In this document: in pieces, positions 16,701 to 26,380 of the stretch
Layout: every line of letters starts with the position of its first letter
How positions within the stretch are numbered: the stretch's first letter is position 1
Source of the DNA: an uncultured Opitutales bacterium
Lineage (GTDB): Bacteria; Verrucomicrobiota; Verrucomicrobiia; Opitutales; Intestinicryptomonadaceae
DNA length: 32,000 bases
Assembly: GCA_934613415.1 (NCBI GenBank)
Contig: CAKTSY010000001.1
Coordinates: 240,001 to 272,000 of the forward strand
Reading direction: 5' to 3'
The notes under the pieces: model-generated
What the model was told of the DNA's origin: nothing
The model's database searches: none
What the model saw: the letters and a program-made list of their open reading frames with translations, nothing else
Translations under genes and position numbers: made by a program

Positions 16701-18083
16701 TTATCTTAGGCGGCTTAGGGCACTAGCGGCGTCTTCGTTGCCAAGCGAGGCTGCCTGCTTTAAAAGGCGTATGGCTTCGTCTCTATTTTTGGTAACGCCA
16801 ATACCAATAGCATAGCACGCCCCAAGGTTGCCCATTGCCTCGATGTCGCCTGCGTCGGCGGCCTTTTTTAGATAGTGCACCGCCTCGGGCACTCTCTCTT
16901 TGTCGGAATCGTCTTCTAGCAAAACGGCACCCAAGCGGCTTTGTGCTTGAACAAAGCCCGAATCTGCCGCCTTTTTTAACCATCTTACGGCTTCGCGGTT
17001 GTTGCGTTGGCCGTCTAGGCCCTCAAGCTTAATTTCGGCAAGCATTGTTTGCGAATACGCGCTGTTTTTATACGCGCTTCTTCTATAATACCTTGCGGCC
17101 TCTTTAAAATCGCGCTCGGTTCCAATTCCGTAAAAATAGCAGTCGCCCAAATTGTCCAAAGCTTTTTCGTATCCGTTATCGACGGAATTTTTAAAATATT
17201 CAAACGCCATTTTTGGGTCTGTGCTTGCACCCGAAATTTTGCCCGAAAGCATTAAGCCCGCCGCGTTCATAGCTTCGCCGCTGCCGTTATACGCCGCCCT
17301 TTGCGCCCAATACAACGCCTTGTTTGCGTCTTTTTCAACCCCGTTGCCATCTAAATATAATTTGGATAACGCCAGTTGCGCCTGCGGATATTGCATAGTT
17401 GCCGATTTTTCGAACCACAAATACGCCTGCTTTGGGTCTTTTGCGCCAAAGACTCCCTTTAGGTAAAAAGTTGCAATATTGCATTGGGCTATGGCATTCC
17501 CGCTATTGCCGGCCTCTTTTAAAAGCGACAAAGCCTCTTGCAAATTTTTTTCTTTGCCCTCCATTTTGCACATTGCAAGCGAAATTTTTGCCCTGACGCT
17601 TCCGGCCTTTATTGCCTCGTTAAACAATTCTTCGGCTTTTTGTTTCGATTTTTCAACCCCTAGCCCCTTAAGGTGGCACACTCCCAAAAAGTTTAGGGCT
17701 GCAGCCGAAGTTTTTGCCCTTTCAAAGTACTTTACGGCATTTGCCGAATTTTGCTTTAGGGCAATACCCTCCATGTAAAAATAGCCTACTGCAGCCAAAG
17801 CGTCGGCGTTGCCGAATAAAGAGGCGTTTGTAAAATATTTCAGGGCTTCGTAGTTGTTTCGTTCAACTTTGCCAAGCCCCCTAAAAGACAAAACGCCCAT
17901 GCAATACATTGCGTCGGCATCGTTTGCCGAAAGCTTTTTTATGTTTTCGACATCGCTTTTGCCTATTTCGGGAAAGCCTGTATAGTCGAAAGTGTTTTTT
18001 AGCAGGTTATATAAATTTGCATCTACTGCAAAAGCCTGCACGCAAAAAAGGAATATAAGCCAGAACAATTTCATATGCCGCAT
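16701..18083 (-). CDS. Secreted Sel1-like repeat (TPR-family) protein
   Basis: N-terminal signal peptide MKLFWLIFLFCVQAFA. About 10 or more tandem ~36-aa Sel1-type units (e.g. GVEKDANKALYWAQRAA, GTERDFKEAARYYRRSA, GVTKNRDEAIRLLKQAA). Alternative ATG at 18074. Confidence 0.8.
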   Translation of the reverse strand: MRHMKLFWLIFLFCVQAFAVDANLYNLLKNTFDYTGFPEIGKSDVENIKKLSANDADAMYCMGVLSFRGLGKVERNNYEALKYFTNASLFGNADALAAVGYFYMEGIALKQNSANAVKYFERAKTSAAALNFLGVCHLKGLGVEKSKQKAEELFNEAIKAGSVRAKISLAMCKMEGKEKNLQEALSLLKEAGNSGNAIAQCNIATFYLKGVFGAKDPKQAYLWFEKSATMQYPQAQLALSKLYLDGNGVEKDANKALYWAQRAAYNGSGEAMNAAGLMLSGKISGASTDPKMAFEYFKNSVDNGYEKALDNLGDCYFYGIGTERDFKEAARYYRRSAYKNSAYSQTMLAEIKLEGLDGQRNNREAVRWLKKAADSGFVQAQSRLGAVLLEDDSDKERVPEAVHYLKKAADAGDIEAMGNLGACYAIGIGVTKNRDEAIRLLKQAASLGNEDAASALSRLR

Positions 18084-18084
18084 T

Positions 18085-19182
18085 CTATTTTATAGAGCAT
18101 TTTACAAAAAGTTCGGTCATAACCGATTCGTCGGAAGCCGCGCCCCTTGCAATAAGATTGCGGAATGCCTCAACAAAATACATCTGAAAATTTATAAGCC
18201 TTTTTAGCGAAAATTTCAACGCTATGGGACCTAGCTTGTTGCATACATACCACGAATTCTGCGAAAACACGTTGTAGGGGGTTTTGTTAGAAGCTCCGCC
18301 AAAATCGTCGGCCATTTGCAAAGACAATGCCTCGAAAGACGCCTTGTATATTCCCGTAGAAGATGCCTTAAGCATACCGCTATCTACCAAAGCCTTAATT
18401 TGTATTAAAATGGAATTTTGGTTTACCAAGCCCGCCAATATTTGGCGCGCCGATGCGTTTTTGTCGGTAAAAAACCTGCGGTGCAATGCCGACAACGCTG
18501 CAGGCAAATCGCCGTCGTAAAAGGCGGTGTTTATTTCAAAAAAGTCGCCTTCGCCGAAAACGGGAACGTTTTGTGAAACAATTTGCTCGGTAATTGTGCC
18601 TTTAAAACCCAAATAGGCGGCAAGCCTTTCGGTGTCGCTAACGGCCATTCTGGGAGACGCGGCCACTGTGTTTACAAGCGCATATAGCGCGTCTTCTTCA
18701 ATTTCAACCCCGCATTTTTTGCATGTTTGCAAAACAAGCTTTTGGCACGCCTGAGCTGCGTTCGACGCCTTTAAATCGCTAACTTCGGCAAACGACATAA
18801 GCTCTTTTAACGCCTTTTTGCGTCTGTCTGCCCCGCACGCACTAATTACAACGCCAACGTCTTGATTGTCGGCAAGGCTTTTGGCGGCGGCAACCAGCTT
18901 TTCTACCGCTTCGGCTGCGGCCTGCGACTTTGCCGCCCTATTTTCCGAAAATATATTGGCGTTTCTAATCCAAACATTTTTCTTCGGCGAAAACATCGAA
19001 ACTGTCATCATCGACTCTATTGCAGCCGTGCACGCCTTAACGGCTTCGTCGGCTGTTGTGCACATAGCCTCTATAATTTCGTTCGAATATTCGTCGTCTA
19101 CTTTTTTGGACAATTCCGAAAATATCGATTTTGCCGCATTGTCGGCTATAAATTCGTCGTCTGCCAATACAAGATATACCAT
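18085..19182 (-). CDS. holA: DNA polymerase III delta subunit
   Basis: 365 aa. HolA-like pattern: N-terminal VYLVLADDEF, MFSPKKNVWIRNANIF, ADRRKKALKEL, GVEIEEDALYALV...ERLAAYLG..GTITEQIV, FFEINTAFYDGDLPAALSAL. Eye-level match only. Confidence 0.7.
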   Translation of the reverse strand: MVYLVLADDEFIADNAAKSIFSELSKKVDDEYSNEIIEAMCTTADEAVKACTAAIESMMTVSMFSPKKNVWIRNANIFSENRAAKSQAAAEAVEKLVAAAKSLADNQDVGVVISACGADRRKKALKELMSFAEVSDLKASNAAQACQKLVLQTCKKCGVEIEEDALYALVNTVAASPRMAVSDTERLAAYLGFKGTITEQIVSQNVPVFGEGDFFEINTAFYDGDLPAALSALHRRFFTDKNASARQILAGLVNQNSILIQIKALVDSGMLKASSTGIYKASFEALSLQMADDFGGASNKTPYNVFSQNSWYVCNKLGPIALKFSLKRLINFQMYFVEAFRNLIARGAASDESVMTELFVKCSIK

Positions 19183-19271
19183 ACAAAAATACTCTCAACA
19201 GCCGCTTTGCCTGTCAAACTATTATTGTTGCATTGCACGCCCTTTTAGAACAATGTTTAAGCAAACAACAT

Positions 19272-20558
19272 ATGCCGCAAACACCCCCAAGCAAAGACCT
19301 ATCTAAAAACACGTTAAACAATGCCGTTTTAGTTGCGGTAAGAAACCTTACCGAACCCGTTCAAAACGCGCAAAGCCTTATAGACGAGCTTGAAGAGCTT
19401 TGCAAAAACCTTGGTATTTTTTGCTGCAAAAAAATTGTTGTTGCCGTGCGCGAATTTTCGCCCCAACTGCTTATAGGCTCGGGCAAGGCAGAAGAAATAA
19501 TAAAAACCGCCGAAGAAAACGAAGCCAAATTAGTTGTATTCGACAACGAAATAAGCCCAACCCAACAACGCAACTGGGAAAAGCTTGCCAACATTTGTGT
19601 TATAGACCGCCACGAAATAATTTTGGAAATTTTTGCCCGACGAGCCAAAACCAAGGAGGCGACGCTTCAGGTAGAGCTTGCAAAGCTGGAGTATTCGCTG
19701 CCGCGCCTAAAGCGCGCCTGGAACCACTTTAGCAGACAAAGGGGCGGCGGCGTTACCCAGCGCGGCGAAGGCGAAAGCCAACTAGAGCTAGACCAACGCC
19801 GCATAAGGGAAAGAATTGCGGCTTTAAAAAAGCAGCTATTAGAGGTAAAAAAACAGCGCAACACCCAACGCAAAAGACGTCAAAGGCTGCCCATGCCAAC
19901 AGCAGCCATAGTAGGCTACACAAATGCGGGCAAGTCTTCGCTTTTAAATGCGCTTTCAAACGCCGGCGTTCTTGCCCAAGACAAGCTTTTTGCCACGCTA
20001 GACCCAACAACGCGCAGGCTTAAACTTTCGGGAGGGCAAACGGTTTTGCTTACCGACACCGTGGGCTTTGTAAGAAATTTGCCGCATCAGTTTGTAGAGG
20101 CGTTTAAGTCCACTTTAGAGGAAGCCGTAAACGCCGATTTTTTGATACATTTGGTAGACTGCAGCACGCAAGACGCCTTCGAACACATACAAACTACAAA
20201 CAACGTTTTAAAGGAACTTGGCATTGCAGACAAAGAATCGGTGCTTGTATTTAACAAATGCGACAAGCTTAAAGACGACTTTTTAAAAGCACAACTTGCC
20301 GCAAGCTACCCGAATGCAATCTTTATAAGCGCAAAAACCCGCGCAAATTTAGACGCTCTTTTGCAGGCAATAGAGCACGCCGTAAACAAAGACAGCCGCA
20401 TTATGCGCCTAAAAATTCCGCGGCAAGACTATTCTGCAATTGCCGCCCTACACAAACTGGGCGCAATACGCAAAAAAAGCGACCTAGACTACTGCGTTGA
20501 ACTTACAGTAAAACTCCCCGCTTCGAAGGCCGCAGCCTTCGAAAAATATTCGACATAA
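19272..20558 (+). CDS. hflX: GTPase HflX
   Basis: HflX N-domain (LVVFDNEISPTQQRNWEKL, VIDRHEIILEIFARRAKTKEATLQVELAKLEYSLPRL). G-domain motifs GYTNAGKSSLLNAL (G1), DTVGF (G3), NKCD (G4). The ORF-track start at 19233 is TTG; the first in-frame ATG is 19272. Confidence 0.9.
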   Translation: MPQTPPSKDLSKNTLNNAVLVAVRNLTEPVQNAQSLIDELEELCKNLGIFCCKKIVVAVREFSPQLLIGSGKAEEIIKTAEENEAKLVVFDNEISPTQQRNWEKLANICVIDRHEIILEIFARRAKTKEATLQVELAKLEYSLPRLKRAWNHFSRQRGGGVTQRGEGESQLELDQRRIRERIAALKKQLLEVKKQRNTQRKRRQRLPMPTAAIVGYTNAGKSSLLNALSNAGVLAQDKLFATLDPTTRRLKLSGGQTVLLTDTVGFVRNLPHQFVEAFKSTLEEAVNADFLIHLVDCSTQDAFEHIQTTNNVLKELGIADKESVLVFNKCDKLKDDFLKAQLAASYPNAIFISAKTRANLDALLQAIEHAVNKDSRIMRLKIPRQDYSAIAALHKLGAIRKKSDLDYCVELTVKLPASKAAAFEKYST

Positions 20559-20616
20559 ACAAAGCAATATAAGCTTGAAAGGGAAACGCTTTTTGCAAAT
20601 ATTATTCGCTAAAAAA

Positions 20617-21627
20617 ATGAACGAAGAAAATAAGAAAGTTGTTTTAACATGCGCACAGCCCACCGGCAAACTGCACTTGGGCAATTACCTTGGGGCAATT
20701 AAATATTGGGTAGATTTGTCGAACAAAGAGGAATGCTATTTCGGCATAGCCGATATGCACGCAATAACCGTGCCCTACACCCCGGCAGACCTGCGCAAAA
20801 ACGTATACGACTGCCTTGCGCAATATCTGGCATGCGGGCTTAACCCCGAAAGCGCAATTTTCCCGCAAAGCGCGGTTCACGGCCATTCCGATTTGGCGTG
20901 GGTTTTGGCGTGTTTGTGCCCCGTTGGCGCGCTCGAAAGAATGACGCAATTTAAGGATAAGGCAAAAAAACAGACTTCGTTTATAGGCAGCGGGCTTTTG
21001 TATTACCCCGTGCTTATGGCTTCCGACATTCTGCTTTACAATGCCGACATTGTTCCCGTTGGCGAAGACCAAAAGCAGCATATGGAATTGGCGCGCGACT
21101 TGGCACAAAAGTTCAATCTAAAATATTCCGATACATTCAAGATTCCCGAAGCTTCCATACCAAAGGCTGGCGCAAGAATTATGTCTTTGCAAAACCCCGA
21201 AGCTAAGATGTCGAAATCCGACAAGAACCAAAACGCGGTTGTATATGTTGTAGACGAGCCTACCGCCATAAAAAAGAAGCTTATGAGCGCGGTTACCGAC
21301 TCGGACTCGTGCGTAAGGTTCGACGCCGAAAACAAAAAGGGCATTGCAAATTTAATGAACATATATTCGGTTATAACCGCAAAAAGCTACGCCGAAATAG
21401 AAGACGAATTTGCGGGCAAAGGCTATGGCGACTTTAAAGGCGCGGTTGCCGACGCTTTAATAGCCCATTTGGCCCCCGTAAGGGAAAAATATTTAAGCCT
21501 TGTAAACGACAAAGCGTATCTTGAATCGGTATTCGAAGCGGGCATACAAAAGGCGCAATATAGGGCAAACAAAATTTTAAGCAAGGTTTGGAGAAAAGCG
21601 GGCTTTTACCAAGCCCCAAAAAAATAA
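20617..21627 (+). CDS. trpS: Tryptophan--tRNA ligase
   Basis: Class I motifs TGKLHLGNYLGA (HIGH) and KMSKS, plus VPVGEDQKQHMELARD. Starting at ATG 20617 gives about 336 aa, typical of TrpRS. Confidence 0.95.
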   Translation: MNEENKKVVLTCAQPTGKLHLGNYLGAIKYWVDLSNKEECYFGIADMHAITVPYTPADLRKNVYDCLAQYLACGLNPESAIFPQSAVHGHSDLAWVLACLCPVGALERMTQFKDKAKKQTSFIGSGLLYYPVLMASDILLYNADIVPVGEDQKQHMELARDLAQKFNLKYSDTFKIPEASIPKAGARIMSLQNPEAKMSKSDKNQNAVVYVVDEPTAIKKKLMSAVTDSDSCVRFDAENKKGIANLMNIYSVITAKSYAEIEDEFAGKGYGDFKGAVADALIAHLAPVREKYLSLVNDKAYLESVFEAGIQKAQYRANKILSKVWRKAGFYQAPKK

Positions 21628-21651
21628 CAATACTAACAGGAGTTTTTTAAG

Positions 21652-23289
21652 ATGAAAAAATCGCCGCCGATTTGGGCATTATACTTGGCCGACGCCCTGC
21701 AAATTTTGGCCGTTTTGCTTATTGTATTTTCGTATACGGCAAACGATATGGTTATACCCTTTTCGACGGCGGCTTTGTGTATGTTAATGACGGCTATTGC
21801 CGCCGCAACTTCGCTTGTGCCGTTTTTGTTAGACTACAAATCTTCTAAATTCCAGGCAAACGCCGAAAGCCTTAAAAAAGACGCCAAAATAGAAGAGGCC
21901 TTCAATATTCTCTTTAAGGAAACAAGCTCTATTAAAAGCGCACAAACGGCAACCGCCGCAAATTTGCAGGAAACCTTTTCGCAGCTTTGCGAGCTAAAAA
22001 ACCAACTTGCCGAAAAGTCGGTTTCGCTAAAAAAATGTGCGTCGGAAATTAAAGAGCTTGCCGACAGGTTGTCGCTTTTAGAGGAAAATGCCCCGCAAGG
22101 CAACGACGGAGAGCTGCAGATATTAAGAGACGAATTAACCGAAAAGATAGACGCCCTTTCTGGCGATGTAGATTCGGCTTTGGCAAGGCTAGATGTAGTA
22201 GACGAAAAAATTTCGTCGGACGAAAAGCACCTTGAAAGCGCAAACCAAAGCGCACAGCAGGCAAACACAAAAACAGACGAGCTTGCCGACAAGGCAAACA
22301 TTTTGTCGGACAAAACAAACGAGCTTTCGGGCAGAGCCGACGAACTTTCAAGCAAGGCTGCCGAATACGAAAGCAAGCTTAAAACGCTTAGCGAAAGGCT
22401 CGGCTATATAGAAAACCGTATAGACGAAACCGAATACGACGAAGACGCCGGCGAAAGCGAAGACGAAGTTGAAAACCAAGACCAAGAAGACAACGATATA
22501 ACACAGGAACCCCCCGAGCAAAACGAAGACAAAGGCGCATTGCCCGAAGAACTTTCGGGCGTATTGAAAAAGGCAATTTCCAATTCGCAAAAAAATTCGA
22601 CAAAATCTTTTATAGGCAAAATGCTTGATAAAGGCGCGGTTGAAGCCGAAGCGAAAGAAGAAGATAAAAAACCAGCCGCCATCGAAAATCCCGAAAGCGA
22701 TATTGGCATAGAAAGTTTTCCCGAAAGCGACGAAGACGCCGAAAGCAACGGCGGTATTTTGCCCGTTTTCGGCAAAGATGCGGTTGAAATTAACCCGAAT
22801 ATAGACGACTTTTCGTTCCTAAACGACAATAACGACTCTAAAAAAAGCGACAAAAGCATTATAGAAGACATTTTAAATTTGCCCGTAAATGCAGAACCCG
22901 ATTTTGAAGAGGAAAAAGAAACCACAGAAACTGTAGACAAAAAACCGGAGGGCGAAAAAGCACAAAAGGAAAGTCCGCAAACTATGCTTTTTGACGACTT
23001 GCCCCCCGCCGAAAAGAAACCAAAAAAGGCAAAGGAAGGCAAAACCTGCCTTATAGTAAACGCCCTTGTGGGCATAGGCAACAAGCCCTATGTAAGGAAA
23101 AACGGCGAACAAAAAGGCGTGCCCATGCAGTTTTTGGAAATAGGCAAATGGCAATATGCCCCCGAAAATTTCGACGAGCCCGCCAGACTTTCGGTTTGGC
23201 TTAACGACTCGGTTATGGCAAACGAAGGCGACATATTAGTAAACCCCTCGGAACAAATAGAAATAAACGCAACTTTTAAAAATGCTTAG
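21652..23289 (+). CDS. Hypothetical membrane-anchored coiled-coil protein with a long acidic low-complexity region
   Basis: AGGAG lies 10-14 nt upstream of the ATG. Two N-terminal hydrophobic helices ([41 protein letters not shown]), then about 190 aa of heptad-like sequence, about 200 aa of D/E-rich sequence, and a roughly 85-aa non-repetitive C-terminus. No recognisable family. Confidence 0.7.
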   Translation: MKKSPPIWALYLADALQILAVLLIVFSYTANDMVIPFSTAALCMLMTAIAAATSLVPFLLDYKSSKFQANAESLKKDAKIEEAFNILFKETSSIKSAQTATAANLQETFSQLCELKNQLAEKSVSLKKCASEIKELADRLSLLEENAPQGNDGELQILRDELTEKIDALSGDVDSALARLDVVDEKISSDEKHLESANQSAQQANTKTDELADKANILSDKTNELSGRADELSSKAAEYESKLKTLSERLGYIENRIDETEYDEDAGESEDEVENQDQEDNDITQEPPEQNEDKGALPEELSGVLKKAISNSQKNSTKSFIGKMLDKGAVEAEAKEEDKKPAAIENPESDIGIESFPESDEDAESNGGILPVFGKDAVEINPNIDDFSFLNDNNDSKKSDKSIIEDILNLPVNAEPDFEEEKETTETVDKKPEGEKAQKESPQTMLFDDLPPAEKKPKKAKEGKTCLIVNALVGIGNKPYVRKNGEQKGVPMQFLEIGKWQYAPENFDEPARLSVWLNDSVMANEGDILVNPSEQIEINATFKNA

Positions 23290-24040
23290 TGTAAGAATTA
23301 TCCCCTGCCTAGATGTAAAGGCAGGCAGAGTTGTTAAAGGTGTAAACTTTGTAGACCTAATAGACGCGGGCGACCCTGTAGAACAGGCAAAAACCTACGA
23401 AAAGCAGGGAGCCGACGAGCTTGTGTTTTTAGACATTACCGCCTCTAGCGACAATAGAAACATTATGATAGACGTTGTTGAGCGCACCGCCGACGTATGT
23501 TTTATGCCCCTTACGGTTGGCGGCGGGCTGCGCACTACCGACGACATACGCAGAATGCTCAACGCGGGGGCAGACAAAGTTTCGCTTAACACAGCCGCAA
23601 TTTTAAACCCCAAACTTATTGCCGACGCCTCCGAAAAATTCGGCAACCAGTGCATAGTTGCCGCCATAGACGCAAAGAAAATAGGAGACGGCAAATGGGG
23701 AGTGTTTACCCACGGCGGCCGCAAACAAACCGAACTAGACGCAGTTGAATGGGCAAAGAAAGTGGAAACACTTGGAGCTGGCGAAATTTTGCTGACTTCT
23801 ATGGACGCCGACGGCACAAAAGACGGCTACGACCTGCAGCTTACCAAAGCCATTACGGAAAACGTTGGAATACCGGTAATTGCTTCGGGCGGGGCTGGCA
23901 CGCTAGACCACCTAAAAGACGTTGTAAAGCAAGCAGGGGCATCGGCAGTTTTAGCTGCTTCTATATTCCACTTCGGCAATTACACAATTAAGCAGGCAAA
24001 AGAATTTTTGGCAAAAAATTCCATACCCGTAAGGCTTTAA
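23282..24040 (+). CDS. hisF: Imidazole glycerol phosphate synthase, cyclase subunit HisF
   Basis: [92 protein letters not shown]. Confidence 0.95.
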   Translation: MLSVRIIPCLDVKAGRVVKGVNFVDLIDAGDPVEQAKTYEKQGADELVFLDITASSDNRNIMIDVVERTADVCFMPLTVGGGLRTTDDIRRMLNAGADKVSLNTAAILNPKLIADASEKFGNQCIVAAIDAKKIGDGKWGVFTHGGRKQTELDAVEWAKKVETLGAGEILLTSMDADGTKDGYDLQLTKAITENVGIPVIASGGAGTLDHLKDVVKQAGASAVLAASIFHFGNYTIKQAKEFLAKNSIPVRL

Positions 24041-24065
24041 AAATTAGCCTACACTTGCAAAAAAT

Positions 24066-24099
24066 AAAAAGTTCGGGAACGATAAATCCCGAACTTTTT
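24066..24099. terminator. Bidirectional rho-independent terminator between convergent hisF and sufT-like genes
   Basis: Stem gttcggga (24071-24078) / tcccgaac (24087-24094) with an 8-nt loop, flanked by A5 and T6 runs that extend the pairing. Confidence 0.75.
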
Positions 24100-24131
24100 T
24101 GCATTTATAAAAAACTTGTTTGGCAAAAATT

Positions 24132-24692
24132 TTATACCAAACCCAAAATCATCTTGCCCTCTTCCGAAATCATATCCTTATTCCACGGGGGATCCCAAAC
24201 AATGTTAACTTCGGATTTGTCTACCCCCGGCATTGCCTCCAGACGCATTTTCAAATCGTCGGCAATAACGGGTCCAAGCGAGCAACCGGGGGCGGTAAGG
24301 GTCATATCCACCTCTACATTGTTTTTGCCCTCAACGTCGGTATAGGCGTCTATTCTATACACAAGCCCCAAATCTACAATATTTACGGGTATTTCGGGGT
24401 CGTACACCGTCTTTGCCAAGCTCCAAAGCTCGTCCTTTTCGGGAAGCGCAAATTTGTGTTCGCTTTCTACAGGCTGCGTCTTTGCCTTGTCGGGGTTTTC
24501 GGGTATGGGCTCGCCCAAAGCATCGGCGTCTATGCCCTCTATTCTGGCAACGCCAAAGGGGCCTTTAACCGTAAAGTTTCCGCCCAATCTATGCGTTATA
24601 AGCACGGGTGTAGACTCCGCCAAGCGCACTTTTACGCCCGAAGGAATAAGCATTGCCCAACAAGTTCTCTTTAAATTTATTTCTTCGCTCAT
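24132..24692 (-). CDS. DUF59/MIP18-family Fe-S cluster assembly protein (SufT-like)
   Basis: 186 aa. C-terminal DUF59 pattern VYDPEIPVNIVDLGLVY...TLTAPGCSLGPVI...VNIVWDPPW, preceded by a roughly 90-aa N-domain as in long SufT proteins. ATGA overlap with the proB stop. Confidence 0.65.
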   Translation of the reverse strand: MSEEINLKRTCWAMLIPSGVKVRLAESTPVLITHRLGGNFTVKGPFGVARIEGIDADALGEPIPENPDKAKTQPVESEHKFALPEKDELWSLAKTVYDPEIPVNIVDLGLVYRIDAYTDVEGKNNVEVDMTLTAPGCSLGPVIADDLKMRLEAMPGVDKSEVNIVWDPPWNKDMISEEGKMILGLV

Positions 24693-25765
24693 AGCAAAGC
24701 AAGGTTGTCTCTGTGCACCGCCACTTCGCTTGTAGAGGTGCTTTTGCTTTTCATAATTTCTTTTGCATCGTACGAAGCCAAGCCCCTTGCAACCAAAGCC
24801 GATGTGCCGCTTAAAACTATATCCACCAAATCGCCCGCCTTAAAATTGCCGGCAACATCTACCACGCCGGCCGCCAAAAGCGAAGCCCCGCGGTTTTTAA
24901 GCGCGTTGGCAGCGCCCTCGTCTACAAAAAGTCTGCCCATACTTTTGCCGAAATGCGCAAACCAGCGTTTTTTAGACACGGGCGAACCTTTGCATGGCTT
25001 AAAATATGTGCCCAAATTTTCGCCGTCTAATATTGTGCGCGATACCACATTTTTAATGTCGCCGCTTGCAATATAGGCTTTGCATGCGCTTTTTGTGGCA
25101 ATTTCGGCGGCTCTAAGCTTGGTAACCATTCCGCCCGTACCGCCTACGCTTGTAGAGGTATTTGCCATTGCCTTTACTTTGTCGTCTACCTTGTCTACCT
25201 CTTTAACGATTTCGTTTGTGCCGCGCATATCTATAAGGCCGCCTGCGGTAGACAAAATAAGCAGAACATCGGCCTTAACTAGGCTTGCAATCAATGCGCT
25301 TAAAATGTCGTTGTCGCCAAATTTCACGTTAAGCTCCGACGCGCTAATCGGATCGTTCTCGTTTATTACGGGCACAATTTTGTCCGACAAAATTTCGTCT
25401 ATAACCTCTTTTAGGGCGCAATGCCTGTGGTGGTTGTCTACATCTTCGCGCGTTAGCAATAGCTGGGCAACCGGCAGGTTGTATCGGGCAAAGCTTTCCT
25501 CCCATTTTTGGATTAAAATGCCCTGACCTACCGCCGCGCATTTTTGCTTTGCGCTAAGTTTTTTTGGCTTGCTTGCAAGCGAAAGCCTGCCCATACCCAA
25601 ACCTACCGCGCCGGAACTTACAATGGCAACTTCTATTCCGCTTTCGATAAGTTTGGCAACGTCGGCAACAATGGCGTCCATTCGGGCAACGTTAAGCTCG
25701 CCCGACTTTTCTATAAGAACGCGCGTTCCGATTTTTATAACTACCCTTTTGGGCTTTTGCGCCAT
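24689..25765 (-). CDS. proB: Glutamate 5-kinase (with C-terminal PUA domain)
   Basis: VVIKIGTRVL, VAIVSSGAVGLG, FGDNDILSALIA, GTGGMVTKLRAA, and a C-terminal PUA-like segment LFVDEGAANALKNRGASLLAAGV. Confidence 0.9.
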   Translation of the reverse strand: MAQKPKRVVIKIGTRVLIEKSGELNVARMDAIVADVAKLIESGIEVAIVSSGAVGLGMGRLSLASKPKKLSAKQKCAAVGQGILIQKWEESFARYNLPVAQLLLTREDVDNHHRHCALKEVIDEILSDKIVPVINENDPISASELNVKFGDNDILSALIASLVKADVLLILSTAGGLIDMRGTNEIVKEVDKVDDKVKAMANTSTSVGGTGGMVTKLRAAEIATKSACKAYIASGDIKNVVSRTILDGENLGTYFKPCKGSPVSKKRWFAHFGKSMGRLFVDEGAANALKNRGASLLAAGVVDVAGNFKAGDLVDIVLSGTSALVARGLASYDAKEIMKSKSTSTSEVAVHRDNLALL

Positions 25766-25769
25766 AAAA

Positions 25770-26330
25770 TTATATCTGCTTTATATCGGCTTCCTTGTCG
25801 GCAAGGTCTTTGTTAATGCCGTTAATTGCCTTGTCGGTAAGGTTTTGAACGTCTTTTTCAACGCGCTTTAAATCGTCTTCAGTAATAAGGCCGTCTTTTT
25901 GGGCCTTTTTGAAAGCGTCTAGGGCGTCTCGGCGAACGTTGCGAACGCGAACGCGGCCTTGTTCTGCCATATCGTTGCAAATTTTAACAAGCTCTTCGCG
26001 GCGTTCTCTTGAAAGCGCGGGAACGGGGCAGCGAACTGCATCGCCCATAACTGCGGGGGTTAACCCAACGTTTGCAGCCAAAATGGCCTTTTCTACCGCC
26101 TTTAAAATGCTCTTGTCCCACGGCTGAACCCTAATTGTCTGCGGGTCGGGAGTAGTGATTGCGGCAACTTCCTTTAGGCGCATATTCGAGCCGTAAACTT
26201 CAACAACAACGCTTTCTACCATCGAAGTCGAAGCCTTGCCTGTGTGCACTGTGTCGAATTCGTTCAACACATACTGCGAAACTTTGCCCATTGCCTCTTG
26301 TGTTTTTTTCAATTCAGCCTGTATATCCAT
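25770..26330 (-). CDS. frr: Ribosome recycling factor
   Basis: 186 aa. Typical Frr sequence (ITTPDPQTIRVQPWDKS, LTPAVMGDAVRCPVPALSRERREELVK, RNVRRDA). Confidence 0.95.
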   Translation of the reverse strand: MDIQAELKKTQEAMGKVSQYVLNEFDTVHTGKASTSMVESVVVEVYGSNMRLKEVAAITTPDPQTIRVQPWDKSILKAVEKAILAANVGLTPAVMGDAVRCPVPALSRERREELVKICNDMAEQGRVRVRNVRRDALDAFKKAQKDGLITEDDLKRVEKDVQNLTDKAINGINKDLADKEADIKQI

Positions 26331-26380
26331 ATATTTTCCTTTTTGGTTTTCTTAAAAAAATTTGTCTACCTTATAAAAAT

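Noticed and set aside
22230-22400. Apparent DNA-level repeats and small palindromes (ttgccgacaaggcaa, ttttgtcggacaaaa) in the coiled-coil coding region.
   Set aside because: They are imperfect and explained by repeated codon patterns for D-E-L-x-D/S-K-A peptide repeats. They are not a tandem repeat array or a CRISPR-like structure.
22404-23084. 226-aa Ser/Phe-rich minus-strand ORF opposite the acidic region of the 545-aa protein.
   Set aside because: It is a mirror artefact of GAA/GAC/GAG-rich sense codons (the complement gives TTC/GTC/CTC). It has no start context, and the + strand ORF has a good AGGAG site and structured ends.
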